From the NCBI GenBank assembly GCA_951406725.2, contig OX597836.1:41602001-41666000 (forward strand): 64,000 nt of DNA, in the 5' to 3' direction. Of the stretch, positions 25,996 to 39,517 are shown piece after piece; the first letter of the stretch is position 1, and each line of letters opens with the position of its first letter. The notes under the pieces are model-generated. The model made no database searches and was not told the DNA's origin. It saw nothing but the letters and a program-made list of their open reading frames with translations. The position numbers and the translations under genes were made by a program. Source of the DNA: Octopus vulgaris. Lineage: Eukaryota.

Positions 25996-28900
25996 GATCA
26001 TCATCATTGTTCGACCGTGGTCGAGACAATGGAATTTACCATGCTACGCCAGACTTCACAGTCCATCATGGCATTACGGAGGTCCTGTTGCTGGATGCCT
26101 GTATCCCTGGAGATTACATCAGGGTAGGAGAGTGTGCGCCCTTTGGCTTCCAGAGGAGAAGAGTAGAAATTACTTCTTTTTCAGCTCTACAACAATGTCC
26201 AGCAAACTGGACTCTCCTACCTTTCACAAGAGATGACACAGGTGGTAGTTTCCCATATATTTGCATTTTGGTTGGATGGCGCTTCCACGAGAGATTTTGA
26301 GCTCTCATAAGGAGGCGAGTGTAGGTTCCATCCAACCGCCTCTCAAGCTTCTTTGATAACGTCCAGGTTTCTGAGCCATATAGTAGAATTGGTTCGACTG
26401 TGGCTTTGAAGATTTCAAGTTTGAAGTCTCTACTTAGATTTGATGACCAGATCTTATGCATATCATTACAGGCTGACCAGGCCATACCCTTTCTAGTTAG
26501 AAAGTATTTTCCAGATGATGATATGTATGACCCAAGAAGCCATATTTAAGGGCGCATTGTTGAGAGTATGGATGATGCAATCACTGTTGGACAGGCACTT
26601 GTTTATGTATTCAGTTTTGGCCTCATTGAGGTAAAGACCTACACAATTTGAGGCTTGTTCAAGAGATTGTAAAAGAGACTGGGCATTGGAGAGAGAATCA
26701 CTGATAAGAGCGATGTCGTCAGCAAAGTCAGTGTCTGTCAAGTACTCAGCTGGGTGTCTGGAACTTCTTCTTGGTTTTATTTCAAAGCCCTTGCCAGAGA
26801 TGGTATCAACTGACATACGTAGCACATAATCAACAACAATGATGAAAAGAAATGGGGCGAGTGTGTCTCCCTGCATTATTCCGGCTTTGATTGAGAAAGA
26901 TGATGTTTCTCCGTCAGGGGTTAAGATGGTTGAAGACGTATCTGTGTAGAGGACCTTGGTGGCAGAAATGGTTTTGTCTGGTATCCCATAGAGCTTAAGG
27001 ATTTCAAACATCTTGTACCTATCTACAGAATCGAACGCTTTAGAAAAGTCTACAAATACCATTGCAAGATCGCGATTAAATGCTTTTGATTCTTCAATAA
27101 GTCTGCGTAGGCATAGTATCTGGCTCAGCGTTGAGCGCCCATGTCTGAATTCATTTTGGTTGTTTCGGAGCAAAGGTTCAACAAAAAGGACAAGACGATT
27201 TAGGATCAGTTTGTTGTACAGTTTTGCAGCAATTGACATTAGAGATATACCCCTGTAGTTGGTGACGAGGGATAAATCGCCTTTTTTGGGTATTGGAATG
27301 ATTTGAGATTGGTGCCAAATCTTTGGAGCTACAAAGGTGGAAAGTGTGTGGTTGCAGAGGTTGAGCAAAAGTGTGTGAGATCTATCATCCTTCCAAATTA
27401 TAGCTGGGATATTGTCGGGACCAAATGCTTTCGAGGCTTTTAGTTGCTTGGTGGCTGCTGTTAGTTCAAATATGGTAAAAGGGGAGGTGTTGATGTCCAG
27501 CGTGTCTGATATAGGCACACTTGGAAGAGTGGGGTTATCAGGGATTTTGGCATTCTTCCCAAGGAGGTTTTTAAAATGAGTTGACCAATTTTCTGAACGC
27601 TTCTTAGCTGATCCCCCGTTAATTCTAATTGATGACCCAGAGTTTTTGCCTGATAGGTCTTTGATGGATTTCCAGGCGAGATGGTGTTTTTTACTAATGT
27701 GCTCTTTGGATAGTTTACTAATTTTGCCATTGATAAAGTCGACCTCGGCGTTCAAGTAAGCCTCATCAAGATTCTTCTTGGCAGCTATGAGTTGGATCTT
27801 CAGTGACTGGGATGGAGAACGGTGGTAAGCTAGTGATATAGACTTTAGATGGTTTCTGGCTTCGATGACATTTGGGGAATTAGAAGGTTTGCTCTGGCCC
27901 CTACTCTTCCTTCTGGGAAGAGTAGCCAGTGCAACTTCCTCTGTTGATTTGATGAGGCTGCTGTATACTTCTTCAATGTTCTCAGCATCTATTTCAGAAG
28001 TAGACAGAGATTGAAATATGTTATAGACATCAATAGTAAATTGTTTGGACATATCGGGGTTAGATAAGACTTCCTCCCAGTCGATCATTTTCATCGGGTG
28101 AGGCTTAGCTTTTTTGGATGAGCGAAGACTAAGCTTAACGGTAGCTGATACAATTCTGTGGTCAGAGCCGACAGAACTAAAGGAAGAGTAGGATCTCGAG
28201 TCTCTAACACTATTGCGCCATTTCTTTCGAAAGATGAGGTAGTCAATTTGTGCCCTATCACCAAGTGGGGACTCAAATGTCCAAAGTTGATCTTTTGGTT
28301 TCATAAAAGAATTGTTGGAGGTGTAGAGATTAAATTCCTCCAAGAAGTCTTTGAGCATTTCTCCGTTCCGATTAGTTTTAGAGTTGAAAGTAAACTTGGT
28401 CTCATCGGGTCCTAGTCTAGCATTCAGATCACCAGCTATAACTAGAAAATTATGGAGAGGTACTTGCTCAATGGTTGAACGAAGGGTTGCATAAAAATTC
28501 TCAATCTCGTCTGCCACAGACGAATTATGTGGGCTATACACACATACCAATGTTGTTTTCGGGTTTCCATCTATTTCAAGCACCATAATTCTAGGTGAGA
28601 TTGACTCTATACTAAAGAGAGTATCACTAGCTTTTGATGAAAGTAGAAATCCGATACCTCCAACTATTGAATTAACAGTATTCTTTGATGCTGAGGAGGT
28701 TACAAGTTGATAAGAACCGACTTGATGGTATTTGAGGATGTTGTCAGGGTGGTAAAATCGGTGTTCTTGGACAGCTATTATATCAATGCCATGTGATTCT
28801 GCATTTGCACCAAGTTCTTCTAGACGGCCAAGAGAGCCGAGGGTGCGGGCATTGAGGGTGTTGAGTATCGCATGATTTTTACAGCTGATGAGGTGTTTGT

Positions 28901-29475
28901 TTGGTGTTGTTTGGTTGGGAGCTGACTCTTCTCCATCAGGTGATACCCGTCTGTTAAGATTGAGGGCATCACCGTCAATGGATGCCCTTGGAGGTGTAAC
29001 GTGATCAGAGACAGGACCCGACAAAGCAGGGGCTGGACCTACATCCGCAGGTATACCATTAGCTCTGGTTCCCTGGCGAAGAGGAACCCTGGTGCAGTTA
29101 ATTGCAAACTCCATAGTCTTTTCAAATGGCTAATAATGTGTGCGTGCGCCACTACTACACACATTGGAAAGCATTGTACAACCAAGTACTAAAGAAGATC
29201 TTTCCTCCTCCATGAAACAAAGCTGTTCCCGCTGGACGTCAACCAGTATTTCTAAGCTACGGACCGAGTGATTTATTGTAAGGTTATCTCCCTAGACAGA
29301 TTGCCTTCACTACGGCTAAGGAGCCCTTTCTACCCCCACTGACACAGGTTGTACTGGTTTACAGTTTACCAGTAGTAGGATCCGATGCTGCATACAACAG
29401 ACCTGACCTGACAAGATCGTTCAGAATTGGTTGAGCAATGGCATTAATGGGAAGGACAAGTGAGGGAGAGCCATT
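25996..29475 (-). mobile_element. Near-full-length RTE/RTEX-type LINE
   Basis: 5'UTR, a single APE-RT ORF, and a (GAT)n tail. Confidence 0.9.
26114..29114 (-). pseudogene. APE endonuclease-reverse transcriptase, frameshifted near 26500
   Basis: NART, VQEH, GDLNA, IDY, SDH, NYRGISL, DFSKAFDSV, QGDTLAP and FADD motifs. The YLG region is broken between the 873-aa and 123-aa ORFs. Confidence 0.92.
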
Positions 29476-29719
29476 TAGTACTTCAATATTTGCGTCTGCA
29501 TATGTTTGTATAAGTGTGAATAATGTGTTTATGTGCGAGAAGGCACATGTTTTTGTCTATCGTTAATTTAATTTTTTTTTTTCTTACGTTTTTCTCTTTT
29601 AAAGTATTTCATTTTAAAGTAATTTACACCCTGGAGGGAGGGCTGAGGGTTTGTTTTTACTGTAAATTCTCTTTTCTCCCAACAAAGAAGGTCCGTGCGC
29701 GCGCGTGTATGTGTGTGTA

Positions 29720-29868
29720 AGTACAGCCTTCAGCAGAGGCTGACGTGTTTTCGCTGCTCCGACCTGTCAGCGGCCAAAGACACAGAAGACACAGAAACAC
29801 AAATACAACCCAGCAGGACTACTGATAAACAACTATAATTACTGGAAGATCTACTATTTTCTGTGAGT
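29720..29868 (+). promoter_or_regulatory. Possible host promoter and short non-coding first exon
   Basis: Unique, CpG-containing sequence with TGACGT at ~29741 and a donor-like CT|GTGAGT at 29863. Confidence 0.25.
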
Positions 29869-30502
29869 AATTTGAATTTCCCTCAAAATATGTTAAAGAC
29901 TTACAAACCTACAGTTTGGGACAAAAATTTTAGAAACATAAATATTTCCATCTTTTCTGTGGACATTTTGTCGTCACCTCTTCCTTGAGTATCAGATTAT
30001 GTAAAAATGCCTTTATTGTAACAACACAATTAAATGCACGCTAAAATTATGGACGTAAACACCTGCTAACCTTTATTTTCTTCTTGACTACCCGAAATAT
30101 GCAAACATACTTTTTATTGCAATCACAGAAATAAACACGTGGAGAATAAGAAAAAAAAAAAAGAAAAATATTCTTTATAGTTTCTCTCTGCTCGTACACG
30201 ACTCTAATCACAAGTACTGTTCATAGTCGGCCCCTCCTTGATTTTTTTCCAAGTCAAGGTCAGTGTTCGCAAGTTCCATCAACAATATAGCAGACATTTG
30301 AACTCTCTCTGACCGAACGTTCTTCATCTCCCTTTACGAAAGCAGTAGTTGCTGCTACAGCTATTACTACTGCTGCTACCAGAACTTACTGCTGCTACTA
30401 CTACTGCTACAATTAGAAACATACAAGTTTGAATGACACCGAGATGTTTTTCCCCGTGTCTGAATTATACCGGTGACACCAATGAAAAAAATTATGATGC
30501 TA

Positions 30503-30533
30503 GGTGTTTCCATTATTTTGTCCAACCCCTGTA
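30503..30533 (-). repeat. Solo Tc1-like terminal inverted repeat
   Basis: Minus strand reads TA-CAGGGGTTGGACAAAATAATGGAAACACC. Confidence 0.55.
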
Positions 30534-30534
30534 T

Positions 30535-31787
30535 ATTTATTTAAATGAAGTTTAATATATATTCGGTCATAGAATGGCCAATGGTTTCGCATACATAAAG
30601 CGTTTAGCTTTAAAGACGACTCGTCAGACTCCAATGGGCGCAGGCATATAACCTCTCTTGAAACTGGAAGTAGAAAACCGTTACAGTTGGTTCATTTGTA
30701 AACAAAAGAATAATATATACTCTCTGAGCCTTAAACGGGACGGGTTATCGCCTTTAGACCGGTCCGGTCAGCAAATCTTATAGACCTAAAATGAGAACAG
30801 AGAATCTCCCCCCTTAGGTTGGTTCTTGTCTGAAAATACTATTTACAGCTCTAATTGACGAACGGGGAATCTCATGCCTGCAGCGGGTAGGGTTTGAAAT
30901 GGGAGCAGGAGCTATAGATCTCGTGTCTTGTGTTTAAGAGAGACCTCGGGTTCAGTGTATCTTTAAGGTTCTTGTCCGCTCTTCTATGCGAAGCTTGTAT
31001 CGTCCGCTCAAGTATATATAGGGTCCTGGCTGCTCTATGATCCTCCACCTAATTTCGTATGGAGTTCCTTCATCATTAAGGCGCTACACGTAGTTGGTCA
31101 GAGACGTGACGTAACGTTTTTCCAGAACCCTAAAAGAAGACCTGTGGTTGTACAGGTGCTGCTTAAAGTAGTTCCAGCCGACTCGATGTGTATCCGAACT
31201 TGAGCGCTGCTTGTGTTCTCACCGTTGGCTCCAGGCCTGAAGTTGTGGTTGCTGTTGTTGGAGCCGTCGTCCGTGCTGTTATTACAGGGCGTGGGTCCGG
31301 TGTCACCGCTGTTGTTGTCGTTGCAGTAGTCATCCCTGGCCATAGTGTTGGTATTATGTTGTTGTTGTTGTTGTTGCCGATGGTGATGTGGCTGCCGTCC
31401 CTATTTATTCTGAAACTTGGGACTGGTAGCTCTGCTGCTGTTGCTGGTTGCTGTTGCTGTTGAGCGTAGCGGTCTTCTCTGTAGTGGGAGAAGTCCGAAA
31501 CGTGGTCCTTTGCTATTCGTAAGACCCGCAGAAGAGAAAGCAGGTCAACCCCCCGACACCGATAGCATCGACGGATGGATGAATGCGCATCCAGGCTCGG
31601 CGGTTGCGTAGGAAGTCGGGGACAAGAAACAGGAAGAAAGAGTGAGAGAGAGTTGGGGGCGAAAAAGTACAACAGGGCTCCCCCCCCCCCTTGCCGGAGC
31701 TTCGTGGAGCTTTAGGTGTTTTCGCTCAATTAAACACACACAACGCCTGGTCTGGGAATCGAAACTGCGATCCCCGACCGCGAGTCA
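30535..31787 (-). mobile_element. SINE-headed, RT-less GIY-YIG + HHR element
   Basis: tRNA-SINE head, then a degenerate GIY-YIG domain at ~30900-31200, an HHR at 30571-30632, and AATAAA at ~30537. Confidence 0.7.
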
Positions 31788-32502
31788 TTTTCGAACTGCC
31801 GACACCGGGAGCATCGAAAGAGTGAGAGAAAGTCGAGGCGAAAGAGTACAACAGGGGTCGCCACCACCCCCTGCCCATGATAGACATAGACAAGAAGTTC
31901 GTACCAGTAAGCTTAAAACATCTGCTCTATAGATTATAATAAAATATCAACGGATTTGAATAAATAGTATAAAATATGTGCGGCTTGTAAGGGAGATAAT
32001 CCGAGTTTATATAATCGAAAGTTGTCTTTCTTACATCGTATAAAATTTTTACTCTCCTTCCTTTTCTCTCATATATATGTATACACACACAAATATTTAT
32101 AATACACACACGCACGCACTCACGCACGCACTCACGCACGCACGCACTCACGCACGCACGCACTCACGCACGCACGCACTCACGCACGCACGCACGCACG
32201 CACGCACGCACACATGTTTGTGTGTATTTATGTCTATATATTGTCTGCGTGTGGGTGTGGGTGTGTATATATATATATTTATATATTCTTTTATTCTTCT
32301 ATTTGTTTCAGTCATCTGACTACAACCACGCTGGAGCACTGCCTTCAGTCGAAAGAAATCGACCCCAGGACTTATTCTTTGTAAGCTTAATACTTATTCT
32401 ATCTATTTCTTTTTACCGAACCGCTAAGTTCCGGGGGCGTAAACAAGGGGTAAAAACACAGACACAAAACCATTTACCTATATATATATATATCCATAAA
32501 TA

Positions 32503-33419
32503 CGACGGGCTTCTTTCAGTTTCCGTCTACCAAATCCACTCACAAGGCTTTAGTCGGTCTAAGGCTATAGCTGAAAACACTTGCCCAAGGTGCCACGCAG
32601 AGGGACTGAACCCAGAACAATATGGTTGGGAAGCAAGCTTCTTACCACACAGGCATGCCTACGCCTACACATACACACACAACACACACAATCTAATTCC
32701 TCTTTTCTCCCTTTCACCGTTTTCTACCTGTATCTCTCTCCCTCTTTCTTTTTTCTCTCTCTCATTGCTCACACGTGACCATCGTCCATCTTTCTTTCCT
32801 GCATGGACGTTCTGAGGACTGGACGTCTCCTATATCTCCCTCTTCTATCTTTTGTCTTTTCAAAGAAAACATTTCACTCAGCGTTCACTATTTTCCCCTC
32901 GTTCCGGTCTAACGATCCTCCATGTTTGTTTGTGTTCGATTTCCTTGTATGTCTCCACTGTCCTGTTTTTGTTCCCGACTTTGACCCTCCATAAATCCAA
33001 AATTTTATTTTGGAATTTATGGGAGCAACTGTCTTCGAAGAGTCATACTGTCGTTAATTGCACGAAATAGGGAAGTAGATAGACAGCCGACTTCTGATGA
33101 AGGATCGTTCTTTGTATTACTTGTTCCTCTCGTTTATTTGCGACTTTAACTCATTTGTTTTCGTATTTCATGTTGTTTACTGTTGGTGACGTCCTGTACA
33201 TATATATAACGGGAAGGTTTACGAAAATAAACAAAAGACGAAGGCAGGTGGAGTACAAACAAACAATTGTATTAGTATGGCGCTCAGGAATAGAAATAAA
33301 ACAAGTCTTTTACGTTTCAAGCCTACGCTCTTCGACAGAAAGATACACAGAAAAGAAACAAGGAGAGAAAAAAATGCGTGTAGGAGCTAACGGTCCATCA
33401 TATATATATATATATATAC

Positions 33420-33454
<35 letters not shown>

Positions 33455-34028
33455 TGTATGTATGTATGTATGTATGTATGTATGTATGTATGTATGTTTG
33501 TATGTATGTATGTATGTTTGTATGTATGTATGTATGTTTGTATGTATGTATGTATGTATGTGTGTATGTATGTATGTATGTATGTATGTGTGTGTATGTA
33601 TGTATGTATGTATGTATGTATGTATGTATATATGTATATATATACACACACACACATATATATATACATATGTATATATGTATGTATGTATGTATGTATA
33701 AGAAGGCCGGTTTATAGGCTTCCTGTCCATAAAGGGTTTAGCTTTATGGCGTATCGTCACATCCCAAAACCTGTTGGCCCACGGACTTATGTTTGCTACG
33801 AACGATATATATATATATTTCAAAATGTGACCTCGTGTGTACCAATGGCGATTTTTTTTACTCTGTCTTCCCTTCTCTGGATCTTTCCTTCTCCTATGTT
33901 TCCGACGAAGAGCTCCGCTCGAAACGTTAAACCCTCCTTCTTTCCTTCTTTCCTGAGCGTCCAATAATACTATATTTGTTCTATGTCCTCGCGTTGTTGT
34001 TTTTTTTTGTGCTTTCTTGTTTGGATTA

Positions 34029-34081
<53 letters not shown>

Positions 34082-34213
34082 AAAAATAGGATAAAATCTT
34101 AATAAGAAATCTTAATAAGAAATTATCAGGTAGATTCGTTTATTTTTGGTAGTTATGACTTTAAAAGTCCCTCCTAGCGTGTGGCATTTATGTGTAATAA
34201 TGCCCTCTATATA

Positions 34214-34284
<71 letters not shown>

Positions 34285-35636
34285 TAATTTACAGATAACA
34301 AAAGACAAAGGCAGATGAAGAATCAAGGTGTAGGAAGTTAATAAACTTCGAGTAACCCTTAGAAAGTATATAAAACAAACTTTCAGGAACAAAAGTGGTT
34401 TATTGACGTAGAAGGTGGTAAATTTTTCCCATATCGAAGTTCGATAGGCTGATAAGAGTTATTTTATAACCCATGGTTGGCAGCTGGCGTTGCGATGCAT
34501 GCAAATACAAATCCAAAATATCAGGAATGGAGTAGGGGAAAATCCAGGTTGCATGTGTTCCCGAGCTAGCAGAATCTTGGAAGTAGCAATTTCTCAAAAA
34601 GGGGGATACTTCGCTAGCTAATCATCAGGCCAAACCTACCTTAGTCAAATGAAGGTTTACATTGTCGTCAAAGGATCCCATGTTGACGAGCTTTTTTCAC
34701 GATGGGCTTCTTTCAGTTTCCGTCTACCATATTCACTCACAAGACTTTTGTCGGTCCGAGGCTATAGCTGAAGATACTTGCCCAAGGTGCCACGCAGAGG
34801 GACTGAACCCAGAACAGTATGGTTGGGAAGCAAGCTTCTTACCACACAGGCATGCCTACGCCTACACATACACACACAACACACACAATCTAATTCCTCT
34901 TTTCCCCCTTTCACCGTTTTCTACCTGTATCTCTCTCCCTCTTTCTTTTTTTCTCTCTCTCGTTGCTCACATGTGACCATCATCCATCTTTCTTTCCTGC
35001 ATGGACGTTCTGAGGACTGGACGTCTCCTATATCTCCCTCTTCTATCTTTTGTCTTTTCAAAGAAAACATTTCACTCAGCGTTCACTATTTTCCCCTCGT
35101 TCCGGTCTAACGATCCTCCATGTTTGTTTGTGTTCGATTTCCTTGTATGTCTCCACTGTCCTGTTTTTGTTCCCGACTTTGACCCTCCATAAATCCAAAA
35201 TTTTATTTTGGAATTTATGGGAGCAACTGTCTTCGAAGAGTCATACTGTCGTTAATTGCACGAAATAGGGAAGTAGATAGACAGCCGACTTCTGATGAAG
35301 GATCGTTCTTTGTATTACTTGTTCCTCTCGTTTATTTGCGACTTTAACTCATTTGTTTTCGTATTTCATGTTGTTTACTGTTGGTGACGTCCTGTACTCA
35401 TATATGCATATATATATATATATATATAACGGGAAGGTTTACGAAAATAAACAAAAGACGAAGGCAGGTGGAGTACAAACAAACAATTGTATTAGTATGG
35501 CGCTCAGGAATAGAAATAAAACAAGTCTTTTACGTTTCAAGCCTACGCTCTTCGACAGAAAGATACACAGAAAAGAAACAAGGAGAGAGAAAAAATGCGT
35601 GTAGGAGCTAACGGTCCATCATATATATATATATAC

Positions 35637-35671
<35 letters not shown>

Positions 35672-35841
35672 TGTATGTATGTATGTATGTATGTATGTAT
35701 GTATGTATGTTTGTATGTATGTATGTATGTTTGTATGTATGTATGTTTGTTTGTATGTATGTATGTATGTTTGTATGTATGTATGTATGTATGTATGTGT
35801 GTATGTATGTATGTATGTATGTATGTGTGTGTATGTATGTA

Positions 35842-35874
<33 letters not shown>

Positions 35875-36265
35875 ATATATACACACACACACATATATAT
35901 ATACATATGTATATATGTATGTATGTATGTATGTATAAGAAGGCCGGTTTATAGGCTTCCTGTCCATAAAGGGTTTAGCTTTATGGCGTATCGTCACATC
36001 CCAAAACCTGTTGGCCCACGGACTTATGTTTGCTACGAACGATATATATATATATTTCAAAATGTGACCTCGTGTGTACCAATGGCGATTTTTTTTACTC
36101 TGTCTTCCCTTCTCTGGATCTTTCCTTCTCCTATGTTTCCGACGAAGAGCTCCGCTCGAAACGTTAAACCCTCCTTCTTTCCTTCTTTCCTGAGCGTCCA
36201 ATAATACTATATTTGTTCTATGTCCTCGCGTTGTTGTTTTTTTTTGTGCTTTCTTGTTTGGATTA

Positions 36266-36312
<47 letters not shown>

Positions 36313-36444
36313 AAAAATAGGATAAAATCTTAATAAGAAATCTTAATAAGAAATTATCAGGTAGATTCGTTTATTTTTGGTAGTTATGACTTTAAAAGTC
36401 CCTCCTAGCGTGTGGCATTTATGTGTAATAATGCCCTCTATATA

Positions 36445-36509
<65 letters not shown>

Positions 36510-36985
36510 TAATTTACAGATAACAAAAGACAAAGGCAGATGAAGAATCAAGGTGTAGGAAGTTAATAAACTTCGAGTAACCCTTAGAAAGTATATAAAA
36601 CAAACTTTCAGGAACAAAAGTGGTTTATTGACGTAGAAGGTGGTAAATTTTTCCCATATCGAAGTTCGATAGGCTGATAAGAGTTATTTTATAACCCATG
36701 GTTGGCAGCTGGCGTTGCGATGCATGCAAATACAAATCCAAAATATCAGGAATGGAGTAGGGGAAAATCCAGGTTGCATGTGTTCCCGAGCTAGCAGAAT
36801 CTTGGAAGTAGCAATTTCTCAAAAAGGGGGATACTTCGCTAGCTAATCATCAGGCCAAACCTACCTTAGTCAAATGAAGGTTTACATTGTCGTCAAAGGA
36901 TCCCATGTTGACGAGCTTTTTTCACGATGGGCTTCTTTCAGTTTCCGTCTACCATATTCACTCACAAGACTTTTGTCGGCCCGAG
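32503..36985 (+). repeat. ~2.2-kb near-identical tandem duplication
   Basis: 32579 matches 34776 and 34698 matches 36923. The ORFs are duplicated and differences are mostly microsatellite length. Confidence 0.95.
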
Positions 36986-37077
36986 GCTAAGGTAGATGAT
37001 CAAGGTGCCACGCTGTGGAACTGAGCCCTAGATCATGCGGTTGGGATTCAAGCTTCTTACCAAACAGTCCACCTGAG

Positions 37078-37171
<94 letters not shown>

Positions 37172-37173
<2 letters not shown>

Positions 37174-37705
37174 GTGGCTCTCATGGCTTCTGATCTTAAC
37201 TGATTGGAAGTGTTATCATGTACATTATTTTGTCTTGGTATAAAAGATGGGCTACAGCAAATATTCTGCTCAATACCACAGATTTGCTTGTCAGTTGTTT
37301 GACCTTAACCAGTTGAGCATGTCCCTTAGTGGCTGACGATATGTGCATCTCTGATCACGAGCAGAAGTAGTGGGGGAGCATCATAGCCATGTGTTGAGAA
37401 GGATTCTTTGGGGTTTGAATAATTCACCTCTGGAAACATGGGTGTTTCGTTCAACATCCTTAAACAACCCTTATTCAGGGACCTTTCGAGTGGGATGGGT
37501 TACTCGACAAGAAGAAAATTCTAACTGGGCCCCACCTGCAAGGTCATGTGCTGTTTATCTTGATATGAGATCCCCATGTCGCGCACACATGGTTGTGATG
37601 CATGTGCCTAGTGTACCCTTATCAGACGGGTAGTCATGATGGGTATACTGGGCTTCGTATATTTTACCCCAGTGTCACTTTGATGGCATGCACTGCTCTC
37701 TCACT
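37172..37705 (+). mobile_element. Non-coding (AAT)n-flanked element, probably the 3'UTR of an R4/Dong-type LINE
   Basis: Three copies in the window. It ends CTCTCTCACTC(AAT)n. Confidence 0.7.
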
Positions 37706-37728
37706 CAATAATAATAATAATAATAATG

Positions 37729-37809
<81 letters not shown>

Positions 37810-37810
37810 G

Positions 37811-39460
37811 CGATGACATCGGGATGGAGTTTGGACTTGAGAAGTGTGCCAAGGCCACTTTCCAGAAAGGGAAAGTGAAGACCAGAAATTCAGTCGTGTT
37901 AGATGTTGACACAGTCATAAGAGAGCTTGAGCAAGAACAAACATACAAATATTTAGGTATAAATGAAGGCTCTGGTATTCAGCATGCAAGCATGAAAGAG
38001 AAAATCAGGAAGGAATGTTATAGGAGAGTTCGTGCAGTCCTGAAATCTGAACTAAATGCACGTAACAAGGTGTTAGCTATAAATTCCTTAGCAGTTCCAG
38101 TTGTTACTTATAGCTACAATGTGTTGAACTGGAATATGAGTGAAGTAAAGAATATAGATAGGAAAATACGCAAGCTGCTGAGTTGTAATAGGATGCACCA
38201 CCCAAAGGCAGACGTAGATCGCCTTTACCTTCCCAGAGCCCAAGGAGGTCGAGGCCTGATCCAATTTGAACTAGCTTACAAAACAACCACAATTGGACTG
38301 GCCAAATATCTCGAAATATCGAATGACTGGATGCTAAAGCTCGTGGAAAATCACGAGAGACGAAAGAAGCTTCATTCTATCATAAAGGAAAGCAAAAAAT
38401 TTGCTATTGATCTCGTGCAGGATACCCAAACTGAACAACCCGAGGGAAGTACGGCAACTATTGTTGCAAAGAAGGTGAAAATGATGGCAATGAAAAAAGC
38501 GCACGAGCAATTGGCTGATAGGTGGGAGGAGAAACCTCTGCACGGCAAATATGTGACCCGCAGCAAACAAGCTGATGTTGACCAGAAGCAAACCCATCAG
38601 TGGCTACGGAGCTCAGGGCTAAAAGCAGAGAGCGAAGGTTTCATCCTGGCTGCTCAAGATCAAAGCCTATTAACCCGGAACTACCAGGCCAATGTGATGA
38701 AAAATGGAGCAGACCCAAAATGCCGATTCTGCAACGACATGATTGAAACAGTGGACCACCTAATCTCTGGATGTAAAGTCTTAGCACCAGTAGAGTATAA
38801 ATTAAGACATGACAGAGTTGGCCAATATCTCCACTGGCTAATAAGTCGGCATTACAATATCAAAACTGCCGACAAGTGGTATAATCACCACCCTGAGGCT
38901 GTAACTGAAGGAGAAAATGTAACCATTCTGTGGGACTTTCCAGTACATACAGACCGAACCATCAAGGCCAATAAACCAGATATTGTTGTGAAAGACCAAA
39001 ACAATAAAGTTTGCTTATTGATCGACATGAGCATCCCCTGTGATCATAATATCTCAGCGAAAGAGTTTGACAAGCTCAGAAAATATAAAGACCTACTCAT
39101 TGAAATTGAGAAAATGTGGCATCTCAAGGCGGTTACAATACCAGTGATCGTAGGAGCACTAGGAATGATCAAGAAGGGAACCGAAAATTATATGAGAATG
39201 ATCCCTGGCTTACCATCCCTGCAAGAAGTGCAAAAGATTGTCTTAACTGGTACATCACACGTATTGAGAAGAGCATTGTCGATGTGAGAACTGTTGCTGC
39301 TCATGTATTTTAATTTAACTTTAAAAAAAAAAAAAAAAAAAATGAACGAACTACTGAGTTTGGTTTAATGGCCTACCAATGTATACTATGAGTTTCTTTG
39401 CCCTAGGAGTCGGGAAGACACTCGGCAAGAAATGGAAGCAAATTTGAAAGAAGAAAAAAA
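37811..39460 (+). mobile_element. 5'-truncated R4/Dong-type LINE, ORF open to 39287
   Basis: RT end FGLEKC/YKYLG, CCHC finger CRFC..H..SGC, RHD, and restriction-like endonuclease KPD..D..K..KY. (AAT)n on both flanks. Confidence 0.9.

Positions 39461-39517
<57 letters not shown>

Noticed and set aside
31445-31515. CTGTTGA..CGAAACGTGGTC as a plus-strand HHR
   Set aside because: Core-like words are present but no stem I pairing was found.
37602-37810. N-terminal part of the 561-aa ORF
   Set aside because: It is chance read-through of the upstream repeat and poly-N. LINE homology starts at ~37811.
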